Shown here one piece after another: positions 44,606-53,892 of a stretch of DNA of 64,000 nucleotides. This DNA is from an uncultured Candidatus Saccharibacteria bacterium (GTDB lineage Bacteria > Patescibacteriota > Minisyncoccia > Phycocordibacterales > UBA918), in contig CAZSOS010000002.1 in assembly GCA_964608605.1 (NCBI GenBank), positions 105,569-169,568 of the forward strand. The letters run 5' to 3'. How positions within the stretch are numbered: position 1 is the stretch's first letter; each line of letters opens with the position of its first letter. A program made the translations under genes and the position numbers. The notes under the pieces are model-generated. The model did not search any database. It saw nothing but the letters and a program-made list of their open reading frames with translations, and had not been told where the DNA came from.

Positions 44606-47005
44606 TCAACCTTCCTTCAGGTTATCCATTTCCGCCCAATTGTATCCTGCCTTAGCTTCGACCGCGACCGGCACTCCTTTGGCGTCCTTGCCTTTGAACA
44701 CTTCGGTCATCATCCGCCGCAATATCGGTACCACCTCCTCCAACTTGTCTTCCCTGATCTCGAACACCAGCTCGTCATGCACCTGGAGAAGCACGCGCGC
44801 GAAGTCCGACCGGCCATCGTTTACCCACTTGTCGATCTCCAACATGGCCACGCGCAAGATATCACCTTCGGTCCCTTGGATGGGCGCGTTGATGGCCATG
44901 CGCTCGGCCGAGGCGCGGATGAACGGGGCGCTCGACTGGATCCCCGGGAAGTATCGGCGGCGGCCGAACATGGTCTTGGTGTACCCGTGGGTCCGAGCAT
45001 AGGCTTTGGTCTCTTCTAGGTACTCGGCTAAACGGGTAAAGGTGTTGAAATAGGCGTTGAGGAATTCCTGCGCCTCCTCCCGACTGGTGTCGTCGCCCAG
45101 GTTGGCCCGCAGAGCCACCACTCCCATGCCGTAGAGGATGCCGAAGTTGATCACCTTGGCGCGACGACGCATGTCGGCCGTAACCGCCTCCGGCTCCACG
45201 CGGAACACTTGCGAGGCGACCGCGCGATGCACGTCCTGACCTTCCCGGAAGATGTCGATCAGCTTGCGGTCGCCCGAGAGCATGGCCGCGATCCTAAGCT
45301 CTATCTGCGAATAATCGATCGAAACCAGCTTGAATCCTGGCTCCGCCACGAAGGCCTGGCGCACCCTCTGCCCTTCTTTGGTGCGGATGGGGATGTTCTG
45401 GAGGTTCGGATCCTTGGAGCCGAGTCTTCCGGTCACCGTACCGCACTGGAGAAAGGTGGTGCGCAACCGACCATCCTCCCCCACCATCTGCGGCAGGTTA
45501 TCGACGTAGGTGGAGGTCAGTTTCGAAAGCTCGCGGTAGCGCAAGATGGCCGGAATGATGGGGTGTTCGTCCCGCAGTTGCGATAGTTCGCTCTCCCGCG
45601 TCGACAAGGCGCCGCTGGCGGTCTTCTTCTGGCGTTTGGTCTTGAGACCGAGCTTTTCGTAGATGATCGTGCCTAGCTGTTTCGGCGAGTTGAGATTGAA
45701 GTCCTCGCCGGCCAGTTCGTATATCTTGGCCTCGAGCATCTTCAGTTCCTCATGGAATTCCGCCGACAGTTCCGCCAAGAACTCCCGATCGAGCTTGATG
45801 CCGACGGCGTTCATGCGGGCGATGACCGGGATCAGGGGCCGCTCGAGGGTGTCGAATATCTCCCACAGGTCCTGTCGCCGCAGTTCCGCCTCCAGGGCGG
45901 CGATGATCGCTGGCCACTCGGTCGTGCCGAAGACGGAACGGCCGTAGTCGATGATGTCGGTGGCGGTCGGGTTGGTGCGGTCGGATTCCAAAAGCCATAG
46001 CATCACCGCCGCTTTGGACACTTCCTCTTCCCCGGCAGCATGCTCCGGGACCTCTTCGGTGTCAGGGATATCGAGGAGCTGCCGGAAGCGCGACGTCAGC
46101 GTCCGGAATCCGAGCTCGGTGAAAAGCGCCAGCGCCTTCTCGCTGTCGACGCCGTCTCGCCAGGTCCGTTCGGGCAGCGAGAACTCTATCGGCGCGTCGA
46201 CGCGGATCGTGGCCAGCATCTTGGAGAACTTCGCCTCTTCCTCATGCTTGGCCACCAGGTCGACGAAGCGCTTCTGCACTCCCGAATCCTTGGCCACCTT
46301 CTCCACTCCATGCTTGACGATGGCCTTATAGATATCCTCTATCGCCCCATAGGTCGCGACCAGTTTCATGGCCGTCCCCTCGCCCACGCCCGGCACGCCG
46401 GGGATGTTGTCGGAGGCGTCGCCTCGCAGCCCCTTGAAGTCGATGGTGAGCTTGGGCCCGAAACCGAACTTCTCCTTGACGGCCGCCTCGTCTATCATGG
46501 CCACCTCTGAGCCCTTCCTTTGCGCGAAGACGCGGACCCGTTTCTTGGATATGAGCTGCAGCGTGTCCATGTCGCCGGAAGCGATGATGACCTCCAGGTC
46601 GGACTCATCCTTAGTCTGCTCGACGATGGTGCCGAGCATGTCGTCGGCTTCAAACCCTGGGTGTTCATATATAGGTATGGAAAGAGCGGCAAAGATGTCG
46701 CGCGAGCGGACGATCTGCGAGACCAGAGAATCATCGGTCTTGGCGCGTTTGGCTTTGTAACCCTCGAAGGCCAAATGGCGATGGGTCGGCTCAGGCAGGT
46801 CGTAACAGGCGACCAGATAGTCAGGTTTCAGGTCCTCGGCGATCTTGATCAGCATCGACACTACCCCGAAAAGAGCGCCGGTCGGCTCGCCTTTAGGAGA
46901 GGTGAAGTCCGGCAGGGCGTGATAGGCGCGATGCAAGATGGCGTGCGCGTCTAAGAGTACCAGCGTCTTTTTATTCATGTTGACGTTCTTGGCGGCCATA
47001 TTCAT
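44606..47005 (-). CDS. polA: DNA polymerase I (5'-3' exonuclease plus polymerase; reduced middle domain)
   Basis: N-terminal 5' nuclease (LLDAHAILHRAYHALP...GVPGVGEGTA) and C-terminal Pol A motifs (DYSQIELRI, RRRAKVINFGILYGM, HDELVFE). At 799 aa it is shorter than E. coli Pol I. Confidence 0.95.
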   Translation of the reverse strand: MNMAAKNVNMNKKTLVLLDAHAILHRAYHALPDFTSPKGEPTGALFGVVSMLIKIAEDLKPDYLVACYDLPEPTHRHLAFEGYKAKRAKTDDSLVSQIVRSRDIFAALSIPIYEHPGFEADDMLGTIVEQTKDESDLEVIIASGDMDTLQLISKKRVRVFAQRKGSEVAMIDEAAVKEKFGFGPKLTIDFKGLRGDASDNIPGVPGVGEGTAMKLVATYGAIEDIYKAIVKHGVEKVAKDSGVQKRFVDLVAKHEEEAKFSKMLATIRVDAPIEFSLPERTWRDGVDSEKALALFTELGFRTLTSRFRQLLDIPDTEEVPEHAAGEEEVSKAAVMLWLLESDRTNPTATDIIDYGRSVFGTTEWPAIIAALEAELRRQDLWEIFDTLERPLIPVIARMNAVGIKLDREFLAELSAEFHEELKMLEAKIYELAGEDFNLNSPKQLGTIIYEKLGLKTKRQKKTASGALSTRESELSQLRDEHPIIPAILRYRELSKLTSTYVDNLPQMVGEDGRLRTTFLQCGTVTGRLGSKDPNLQNIPIRTKEGQRVRQAFVAEPGFKLVSIDYSQIELRIAAMLSGDRKLIDIFREGQDVHRAVASQVFRVEPEAVTADMRRRAKVINFGILYGMGVVALRANLGDDTSREEAQEFLNAYFNTFTRLAEYLEETKAYARTHGYTKTMFGRRRYFPGIQSSAPFIRASAERMAINAPIQGTEGDILRVAMLEIDKWVNDGRSDFARVLLQVHDELVFEIREDKLEEVVPILRRMMTEVFKGKDAKGVPVAVEAKAGYNWAEMDNLKEG

Positions 47006-47478
47006 TCAGTCAAAGCCACGGTCCTCGAGTCGGCGGACAGAAGGAAACGCAAACGCACGGAGTCCGTCGGCAGCAGCTCCTCCACCTTCTCGGCCCATTC
47101 GACGCAGATCAGGTTGCGTCCATCGGCGAGCAGGTCATCGAAACCAAGCACCCGAAGTTCCTCCGGGGATTCGACCCGATAAGCGTCTATGTGGACCAAA
47201 GTGTCGAAACCGCCGCCAGCGGGCAACCGGTACTGCTTCATGATGACGAAGGTGGGACTAGTAACCGGCTCCCGAACCCCGAGCTCGAACGCCAATGTCT
47301 GAGCGAAGGTCGTCTTGCCGGCCCCCAGATCCCCGGAGAGGCCGATGACGGCCGCGCGCTCGCGGAGGGCAGCCCCGCTTCCCTCCGCGAGCGCCGCCAC
47401 TTCCCGAGCCATGCCCGCCAGCGCCGCTTTTTCGGTTATATCCCAGACCTTGCGTTCCATTGGTCCCAATCCTACCAT
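47002..47478 (-). CDS. tsaE: tRNA threonylcarbamoyladenosine biosynthesis protein TsaE
   Basis: GLSGDLGAGKTTFAQTLA is the Walker A region of YjeE/TsaE. Small ATPase size. Confidence 0.85.
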   Translation of the reverse strand: MVGLGPMERKVWDITEKAALAGMAREVAALAEGSGAALRERAAVIGLSGDLGAGKTTFAQTLAFELGVREPVTSPTFVIMKQYRLPAGGGFDTLVHIDAYRVESPEELRVLGFDDLLADGRNLICVEWAEKVEELLPTDSVRLRFLLSADSRTVALTE

Positions 47479-47533
47479 TTTTCACTTTTCCTTGTACTTT
47501 TCCATTTTCACTTTTCCATTTTACAATTGAAAC

Positions 47534-49213
47534 GTGCCCAAATTCGACGAACACATACTCGAAAGCAAACGCTATCAGGAATTCCGCCGCGGCGAGGAGG
47601 AGAATCTGATCCGCGCCCTCTCCAAACAGCACGGCTATACCTACGTGAATCTCCGCGGCATCAGCATCAACCCGGAGGCCCTGATCCTGATACCAGAATC
47701 GACGGCCCGCGAAGCGGGCATGGTGGCCTTCGAGAAGCAGAACAAGAAGGTATCGATCGCCATCAGGAACCCCAACGACCCCCAGGCCAAGGCCGTCATG
47801 GACGACCTCGGCCGTTCCTTCGAGCTTTCCGTTTACATGTGCTCCATCATGAGCCTCGAGCATGCCTGGGAAAGATACAAGGACCAGCGCGGCACCGCCG
47901 CGGTGAAGAAAGGCATCCTCGACATCGACACCGAGGAGATCGAAAAACTCACCCGCTCCGTCCAGTCGGTCGACCAAGTAAGGGCCAAGGTCGAGGAGAT
48001 CAAGACCCTGAACGCCGCCCGCAAGGTCAGCGCCACTCTGGAGGTATTATTCGCCGGAGCTCTCTCACTAGGAGCCTCCGACATCCATATCGAGCCCGAA
48101 CCCGCCTCCGTCCGGGTACGGTTCCGCCTCGACGGCGTGCTGCACGACGTGGTCTCGATAGAGCGCGCCACCTATGAGCGTCTCATCTCCCGCATCAAGC
48201 TCCTGGCCGGCCTGGTGCTGAACCGTCGCAGCGAGGCGCAAGACGGGCGATTCACCTTCGAAAGCGGCGAAAGGCGCGTCGAGGTGCGTACCTCGATCAT
48301 CCCCGGCTCGGCCGGCGAAAGCGCGGTCATGCGTCTCCTTGACCCGACCGTCGCCAGCTTCAACATGGACAGCCTCGGCCTCAACCCGATAATGCAGGCG
48401 GTGATGCTGGAAGAACTGAAGCGCCCTAACGGCATGATCATCACCACCGGCCCCACCGGCTCCGGTAAGACCACCGCCCTCTACGCCTTTCTGCGCGCCG
48501 TGCATAATCCGGAAGTGAAGGTGATCACCATCGAAGACCCGGTCGAGTACAAGGTCGAGGGCATCGTGCAGACGCAGGTGGAAGAAGGCTACACTTTCGC
48601 CTCGGGCCTCCGCTCCATCCTGCGCCAAGACCCGGACATCATCATGGTCGGCGAGATCCGCGATCGCGAAGTGGCTGAGACGGCGGTGCACGCCGCCGAG
48701 ACCGGCCACCTGGTCTTCTCGACGCTTCACACCAACAACGCGCCGGGAGCCTTCCCTCGTCTTATCGACCTCGGCGTCGACGCGCGTCTCATCGGCTCTT
48801 CGACCAACATCGTGCTGGGACAGCGCCTGGTGCGCCGACTCTGCGAAGCCTGCAAGCGCGAGCGCCCGGCCACCGCCGAAGAAAGGGCCAAGATCGCTCG
48901 GGTCATGGCCGGACACCCGAAACCGCCCGCTCTGCCCGCGGACCTCAAGATCTTCGACGCTCCCGGCTGCGCCGAATGCGCCGGTACCGGCTTCAAGGGA
49001 CGACAAGGAGTGTTCGAGGCGGTCAAGGTGGACCAAGCGGTCGAAGAGGCCGTCATCCGCGATCCGCGCGAACACGTCATCCTGGCGGCCGCCAAGCCCC
49101 AAGGCATCCCCACCATGGCCGAGGATGGCATGGAGAAGGTGCTCCAGGGCATCACCTCTTTGGCGGAACTCGAGCGCGTGGTCGACCTGACCGCTTTGCG
49201 CCCGCTGGCCTAG
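47534..49213 (+). CDS. pilB: Type IV pilus assembly ATPase PilB/GspE family
   Basis: GPTGSGKTT Walker A, Asp/His boxes and a tetracysteine motif (CEACKRE...CAECAGTG). GTG start. Confidence 0.9.
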   Translation: MPKFDEHILESKRYQEFRRGEEENLIRALSKQHGYTYVNLRGISINPEALILIPESTAREAGMVAFEKQNKKVSIAIRNPNDPQAKAVMDDLGRSFELSVYMCSIMSLEHAWERYKDQRGTAAVKKGILDIDTEEIEKLTRSVQSVDQVRAKVEEIKTLNAARKVSATLEVLFAGALSLGASDIHIEPEPASVRVRFRLDGVLHDVVSIERATYERLISRIKLLAGLVLNRRSEAQDGRFTFESGERRVEVRTSIIPGSAGESAVMRLLDPTVASFNMDSLGLNPIMQAVMLEELKRPNGMIITTGPTGSGKTTALYAFLRAVHNPEVKVITIEDPVEYKVEGIVQTQVEEGYTFASGLRSILRQDPDIIMVGEIRDREVAETAVHAAETGHLVFSTLHTNNAPGAFPRLIDLGVDARLIGSSTNIVLGQRLVRRLCEACKRERPATAEERAKIARVMAGHPKPPALPADLKIFDAPGCAECAGTGFKGRQGVFEAVKVDQAVEEAVIRDPREHVILAAAKPQGIPTMAEDGMEKVLQGITSLAELERVVDLTALRPLA

Positions 49214-49607
49214 TTTTAGGACGCTCATCAGCATCCACGACACAGCCCCGCTCCACTTTCAAGATTAACAACAAAGCCGACTATGCTATAGTCGGCTTTG
49301 GGTCCACGAGGTTCGAGAAGATGGTTCTCTAAGCAAGCTTTCCGCATAGAAAGTGAATGATGCGCTAAGGGAAATCCCAGCGGCCTCACTCAAGGTAAGG
49401 ACCAGAAAGTCCTCGCCACACCATCCGGTTGCTTAGAGAGCCATACTCTCGAAGGTACGAAGCTTAAAAAAACAGAAAAAAATAGCCGCCGCTTACGATA
49501 CCGTAGCGGTGCTTTTTATTTATGCGCTTTTCAAGTTCCCTTCTATGATAGCATATCTGAGAAAAAAGTCAAGTACCCCTCCTTGGGCGGCTTAACGGGC
49601 TAATTTT

Positions 49608-50609
49608 TTGTATAATAAGGCGATGTCCTCCCCTTCAAGAACCTTCACCAAAGAAGCCAGCGGCAATTTGGACCAGACCCTGCGCCCCCAGAGCTGGGAG
49701 GAGTATGTCGGCCAATCGAAGATCAAGGAAAACCTGCGCATCCTCCTCACCGCCGCCCGCGAACGCGGCCACGCCGCTGAACACATCCTCCTCTACGGCC
49801 CGCCGGGCCTCGGCAAGACCACGCTGGCGCACCTGATCTCGAAGACCTTGGGAACCAATATGCGCACCACCTCCGGCCCGGCCATCGAACGGGTCGGCGA
49901 CCTGGCCGCCATCCTCACCAACCTCTCCCCGGGCGACGTGCTGTTCATCGACGAGATCCATCGGCTATCGAAGTCGATCGAAGAGGTGCTCTATCCGGCC
50001 ATGGAATCGGGAGTGCTCGATATCATCATCGGCAAGGGCCCCTCGGCGCGCACGGTCCAGCTTGAGCTACCGCCCTTCACGCTGGTGGCGGCCACTACCC
50101 GTATCTCGCTCCTCTCCTCTCCTCTCCGTTCGCGTTTTTCGGGCGGTACCTTCCGCCTGGATTTCTATACCGAGGAAGAGATCGCTTCGATACTTCGCCG
50201 TTCGGCCGAGCTGCTGGGGGTACCGGCCGACGCGGCGGTCATCGACTCCATCGCTTCCCGCTGCCGCTCCACGCCGCGCACGGCCAACTATCTCCTGAAG
50301 CGCTGTCGCGACCTGGCGCAGCTTGAGGGCCAAGAATTGTCCGAAGACATCATCGAACGCACCTTCGCGCTTCTCGAGGTCGACACGCTCGGACTCCAGA
50401 AGCCCGACCGGGCGGTCCTCGAAGCCATCATCGGCAAATTCAACGGCGGTCCGGTCGGCCTCAACACCATTGCGGCCGCGACCGGAGAGGAAGCTTCGAC
50501 GATTGAAGATGTTATCGAACCCTATCTGATCCGCCTCGGCCTTCTCGAGCGCACCCCCCGCGGCCGGATCGCCAGCCCTTCCGCGCACGCCCATATCCAA
50601 AACATATGA
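49608..50609 (+). CDS. ruvB: Holliday junction DNA helicase RuvB
   Basis: [19 protein letters not shown]...[17 protein letters not shown]...[10 protein letters not shown] is canonical RuvB. Confidence 0.95.
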   Translation: MYNKAMSSPSRTFTKEASGNLDQTLRPQSWEEYVGQSKIKENLRILLTAARERGHAAEHILLYGPPGLGKTTLAHLISKTLGTNMRTTSGPAIERVGDLAAILTNLSPGDVLFIDEIHRLSKSIEEVLYPAMESGVLDIIIGKGPSARTVQLELPPFTLVAATTRISLLSSPLRSRFSGGTFRLDFYTEEEIASILRRSAELLGVPADAAVIDSIASRCRSTPRTANYLLKRCRDLAQLEGQELSEDIIERTFALLEVDTLGLQKPDRAVLEAIIGKFNGGPVGLNTIAAATGEEASTIEDVIEPYLIRLGLLERTPRGRIASPSAHAHIQNI

Positions 50610-50923
50610 ACACGGATCAACTAGCCGAGAGACTGCGGAAAATAGACGAGCACTTCCGAGCCAATGATCCGACCCTGACGGAAAAGGAGCGTTTCCTGTC
50701 TCGCTTGGTTAAATTAAACGAGGAGGTCGGAGAACTTTGCGAAGCTGGGTTGTGTGAAAGCGATAAAAATCAACGCCAAAAAGAAAAGGAGGTGGATTTT
50801 GACGCTGAACTAGCCGATGTATTGATCTGCGCGCTACTATTGGCGCGCGGTCGACAGAAAGATGTGTGGTCGGAAGTCGATAAGAAATTGACCAAGCAGT
50901 TCAAAAGATTTAATTTAGAGTGA
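50606..50923 (+). CDS. MazG-like nucleotide pyrophosphohydrolase domain protein
   Basis: The short all-alpha EExxE...E..D pattern ([11 protein letters not shown]...[13 protein letters not shown]) is typical of MazG/NTP-PPase. Confidence 0.65.
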   Translation: MNTDQLAERLRKIDEHFRANDPTLTEKERFLSRLVKLNEEVGELCEAGLCESDKNQRQKEKEVDFDAELADVLICALLLARGRQKDVWSEVDKKLTKQFKRFNLE

Positions 50924-50926
50924 ACT

Positions 50927-51478
50927 ATGTCGGGACATAATAAGTGGAGCAAGATCAAACATAAGAAGGCGGCCACCGACGCGGTCAAAAGCCGCGTGTT
51001 CTCCAAACACTCGGCGCTGATCGCCATGGAGTCGAGGAAGGCCGGCGGCGACGTTAATAGCCCAAGCCTCGCGGCCGTGATCGAACGGGCCAAGAAAGAC
51101 TCGATGCCGAAGGAGAACATCGATCGGGCGGTCCAGAAGGGCGCCGGTGCCGGCGGCGCGGCCTTGGAAGAGGTAGTGTTCGAGGCCTTCGGACCGGGCG
51201 GTACCGCCATGATCATCACCGCTGTGACCGACAACAACAATCGGACCTCTCAGGAGGTGCGCCACGTGTTCACGAAACTCGGATACCAACTGGGCACTCC
51301 CGGCACCGCCGCTTGGGCCTTCACCAAATCGAACGGCGTTTACGCGCCGAACAACCCGCTCGACCTCTCCGAGGCCGACGGCGAGAAACTGGCAGAACTG
51401 ATCGAAGCGCTCGAAGAACAAAGCGACGTGCAGGACATTTTCACTACCGCGGATTCGGGCGACGACAACGAGTTATAG
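50927..51478 (+). CDS. yebC: YebC/PmpR-family DNA-binding protein (short form)
   Basis: MSGHNKWSKIKHKKAATDAVKSRVFSK is the canonical YebC N-terminus. At 183 aa it is shorter than the usual ~240 aa. Confidence 0.85.
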   Translation: MSGHNKWSKIKHKKAATDAVKSRVFSKHSALIAMESRKAGGDVNSPSLAAVIERAKKDSMPKENIDRAVQKGAGAGGAALEEVVFEAFGPGGTAMIITAVTDNNNRTSQEVRHVFTKLGYQLGTPGTAAWAFTKSNGVYAPNNPLDLSEADGEKLAELIEALEEQSDVQDIFTTADSGDDNEL

Positions 51479-51492
51479 GAGTCCCGGTAACT

Positions 51493-52050
51493 ATGCTGCA
51501 AAAAGACCAAGTGAATACCAGTGTGGCTCCTAAGGATGTCGAAGATCCTGCTTCGCGCCCTCGCCCTATCTCTAACGGAATGCGCGTGCTGGCGGTAGAT
51601 CCGGGATATGACCGGTTGGGAGTGGCGGTGATGGAAAAGGAAGGTGGCCACGAGCGGCTGCTCTTTTCTACCTGCGTCCTGACCGATAAGAAGACCACAC
51701 TGCCCGAGCGCATCGGCGAACTCGGCGCCGCGCTTGAGAGGATCCTGGAGGCGCATCGCCCCGACCAGATGGCCATCGAGACCCTCTTCTTCAACAAGAA
51801 CCAGAAAACGGCGGTGGCGGTGGCCGAAGCGCGCGGCGTCGCCATATATCTGGCGCGGAAGCACGGGGCCGCCGTCAAAGAATTCGGTCCGGCGGAAGTA
51901 AAGGTAGCCGTGACCGGCTACGGCAAGAGCGATAAGAAGGCGGTCATGGAGATGCTACCGCGTCTGGTGCGGGACTTGCCCACGAAAGCTCTTGACGATG
52001 AGTATGATGCGATTGCTATTGCCGTCACCGCTCTTGCGCATCATCGGTAA
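51493..52050 (+). CDS. ruvC: Crossover junction endodeoxyribonuclease RuvC
   Basis: MRVLAVDPGYDRLGVAV...is the RuvC core. AGGAG precedes the ATG at 51493, which gives a 29-aa N-terminal extension. The alternative start is 51580. Confidence 0.85.
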   Translation: MLQKDQVNTSVAPKDVEDPASRPRPISNGMRVLAVDPGYDRLGVAVMEKEGGHERLLFSTCVLTDKKTTLPERIGELGAALERILEAHRPDQMAIETLFFNKNQKTAVAVAEARGVAIYLARKHGAAVKEFGPAEVKVAVTGYGKSDKKAVMEMLPRLVRDLPTKALDDEYDAIAIAVTALAHHR

Positions 52051-52090
52051 TTAGTTAAAATCTGTTTTCAATAAAAGTAACCGAGACAAA

Positions 52091-52342
52091 ATGACATCAG
52101 CAGACGAAGTTCGCAAAGACGAAGAAGAAGTTGAGGAAGAGGACGGCGAGGCCGGTCTTGACGACTCGATGCTTGATGAGATCGCCGAAGGGGCGGACGT
52201 GGCTGACGAGACCGAGGGTTTTGGGCACATCAAGGAAAGCGGAGATGAAGCGGAGGAAGAAGAGGAAGAGGACGGCGAATCCTTGGAGGAAGACGCCGAG
52301 GACGTCGACTACGACTCCTTCGACGACGAGGATCATTTGTAG
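52091..52342 (+). CDS. Highly acidic small protein (83 aa, about 45% Asp/Glu)
   Basis: The ORF is followed by a hairpin terminator at 52388-52419. No motif. Confidence 0.4.
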   Translation: MTSADEVRKDEEEVEEEDGEAGLDDSMLDEIAEGADVADETEGFGHIKESGDEAEEEEEEDGESLEEDAEDVDYDSFDDEDHL

Positions 52343-52440
52343 TTTAGGGTAGAGGGTTCAGGGTGAGGCGTCGCTTCGCGACCAGGGAAAAAGGCCGGAG
52401 CGAAGCTCCGGCCTTTTTCTAAACCCTCCACTCCAACCCC

Positions 52441-53667
52441 CTACCCGGCCAACACCACCGCGTTGCGCTTCCCTCTTTTCAAGATAACCAAGGGGTCATC
52501 GGCACAGACATATTCGGGATCGGTGATCTTTTGGCCATCCAGGGTCACGGCTCCGCCCTCGATGAATTCCCGGGCTTCACGCTTACTCTTTGAGAGAGCG
52601 CTTCCCACCAACACGTCGACCAGCTTTTGGCCGGCGGCCTCTTCATATACGGGCGCGTTCTTGAATAACACCTCCCTGTCCTCGGCCGATAGATCAGCGA
52701 TCGCTCCAGTACCGAACAAGATCTCGGAAACGCGGGCCACGTGGGCCGGCGCGTCGACCCCATGCACGAAACGGGTCACCTCCTCGGCCAGACGCCGCTG
52801 TCCCAGCCGCAGGGCGGGATCGGCCTCATGAGCCTCTGCCACCGCGGCGATCTCTTCAAGCGGCACTTCCGTGTAGGTCTTGAGATAGTCGATCGCCTTG
52901 GCGTCCTCGACATTGAGCCAGAATTGATAGAACTGGAAAGGACTGGTCTTCTTGGGATCGAGCCAGACCGCGTTGCCCTCGCTCTTGCCGAATTTTTTGC
53001 CGGAGGCGTCGGTGGTGAGCGGTATAGACAGCGCGAACACCTCCTTCCCCTCTCGTCGCCGCACCAGATCGACGCCGGAAAGGATGTTGGTCCACTGGTC
53101 CGTACCTCCGACCTGGAGATCGACGCTATGGCGGCGATTCAGCTCCCAGTAGTCATAGGCCTGGAGGAGCGAATAGGTGAACTCGGTGTACGAGATGCTG
53201 TCGTCCGGGGCATCCAATCGGCGCTTGATGAGATCGCGCTTCACCAGCTCGTTGACGGTGAAGTGCTTGCCGACGTCCCTAAGAAAAGGCAGGAGTTTCA
53301 CCTCGCGCAGCCATTCGGCGTTGTTGACCATGGTGAAGTCGGCCCGATCGCCCAATAATCCCGATAGCTGGGCGCTCAAGGCCGCCGCGTTCCGATCGAT
53401 GACATCTTCCGACAACAGCGAACGCTCGCCCTTCTCCTTGGGGTCTCCGATCATGCCAGTGCCGCCGCCGACCAGAAGATATACCTGGTGGCCGGCGTCG
53501 GAAAGGCGCTTCATCAAGACCACCCAGGCCAAGTGGCCCACGTGCAGGGAGTCGGCCGTCGGATCGGTACCGATGTACACGGATCGCTTTTCACCCAGGA
53601 TCTTGTCCAGGTCGGCGGAAACATGTTCGACGGCGCCCCGCTCCTTCAATTCGTTGGCTAATTCCAT
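52441..53667 (-). CDS. tyrS: Tyrosine--tRNA ligase
   Basis: HVGHL (HIGH) and KFGKS (KMSKS) class I motifs, with a C-terminal S4 domain. Confidence 0.95.
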   Translation of the reverse strand: MELANELKERGAVEHVSADLDKILGEKRSVYIGTDPTADSLHVGHLAWVVLMKRLSDAGHQVYLLVGGGTGMIGDPKEKGERSLLSEDVIDRNAAALSAQLSGLLGDRADFTMVNNAEWLREVKLLPFLRDVGKHFTVNELVKRDLIKRRLDAPDDSISYTEFTYSLLQAYDYWELNRRHSVDLQVGGTDQWTNILSGVDLVRRREGKEVFALSIPLTTDASGKKFGKSEGNAVWLDPKKTSPFQFYQFWLNVEDAKAIDYLKTYTEVPLEEIAAVAEAHEADPALRLGQRRLAEEVTRFVHGVDAPAHVARVSEILFGTGAIADLSAEDREVLFKNAPVYEEAAGQKLVDVLVGSALSKSKREAREFIEGGAVTLDGQKITDPEYVCADDPLVILKRGKRNAVVLAG

Positions 53668-53892
53668 AAGTCGTTTAAGTCTACCAGATAGGAACGGCCC
53701 TGGACAGATGAGTCCTTGACGGCGATCTTCCTCCTGACCAAGTCCTCCCCCCTTCCTTAAAAGCGCCGTTTTTGGTATGTTTGTGCCTTATTTAACCTAA
53801 GATCAAAGAAGCCGCGGACGGCGAAAAACAACGACAGGGCGAGCGCGGCCGCGTGGTATCATTTAGGAATATCGTACTTTCTAAACTTGCTT

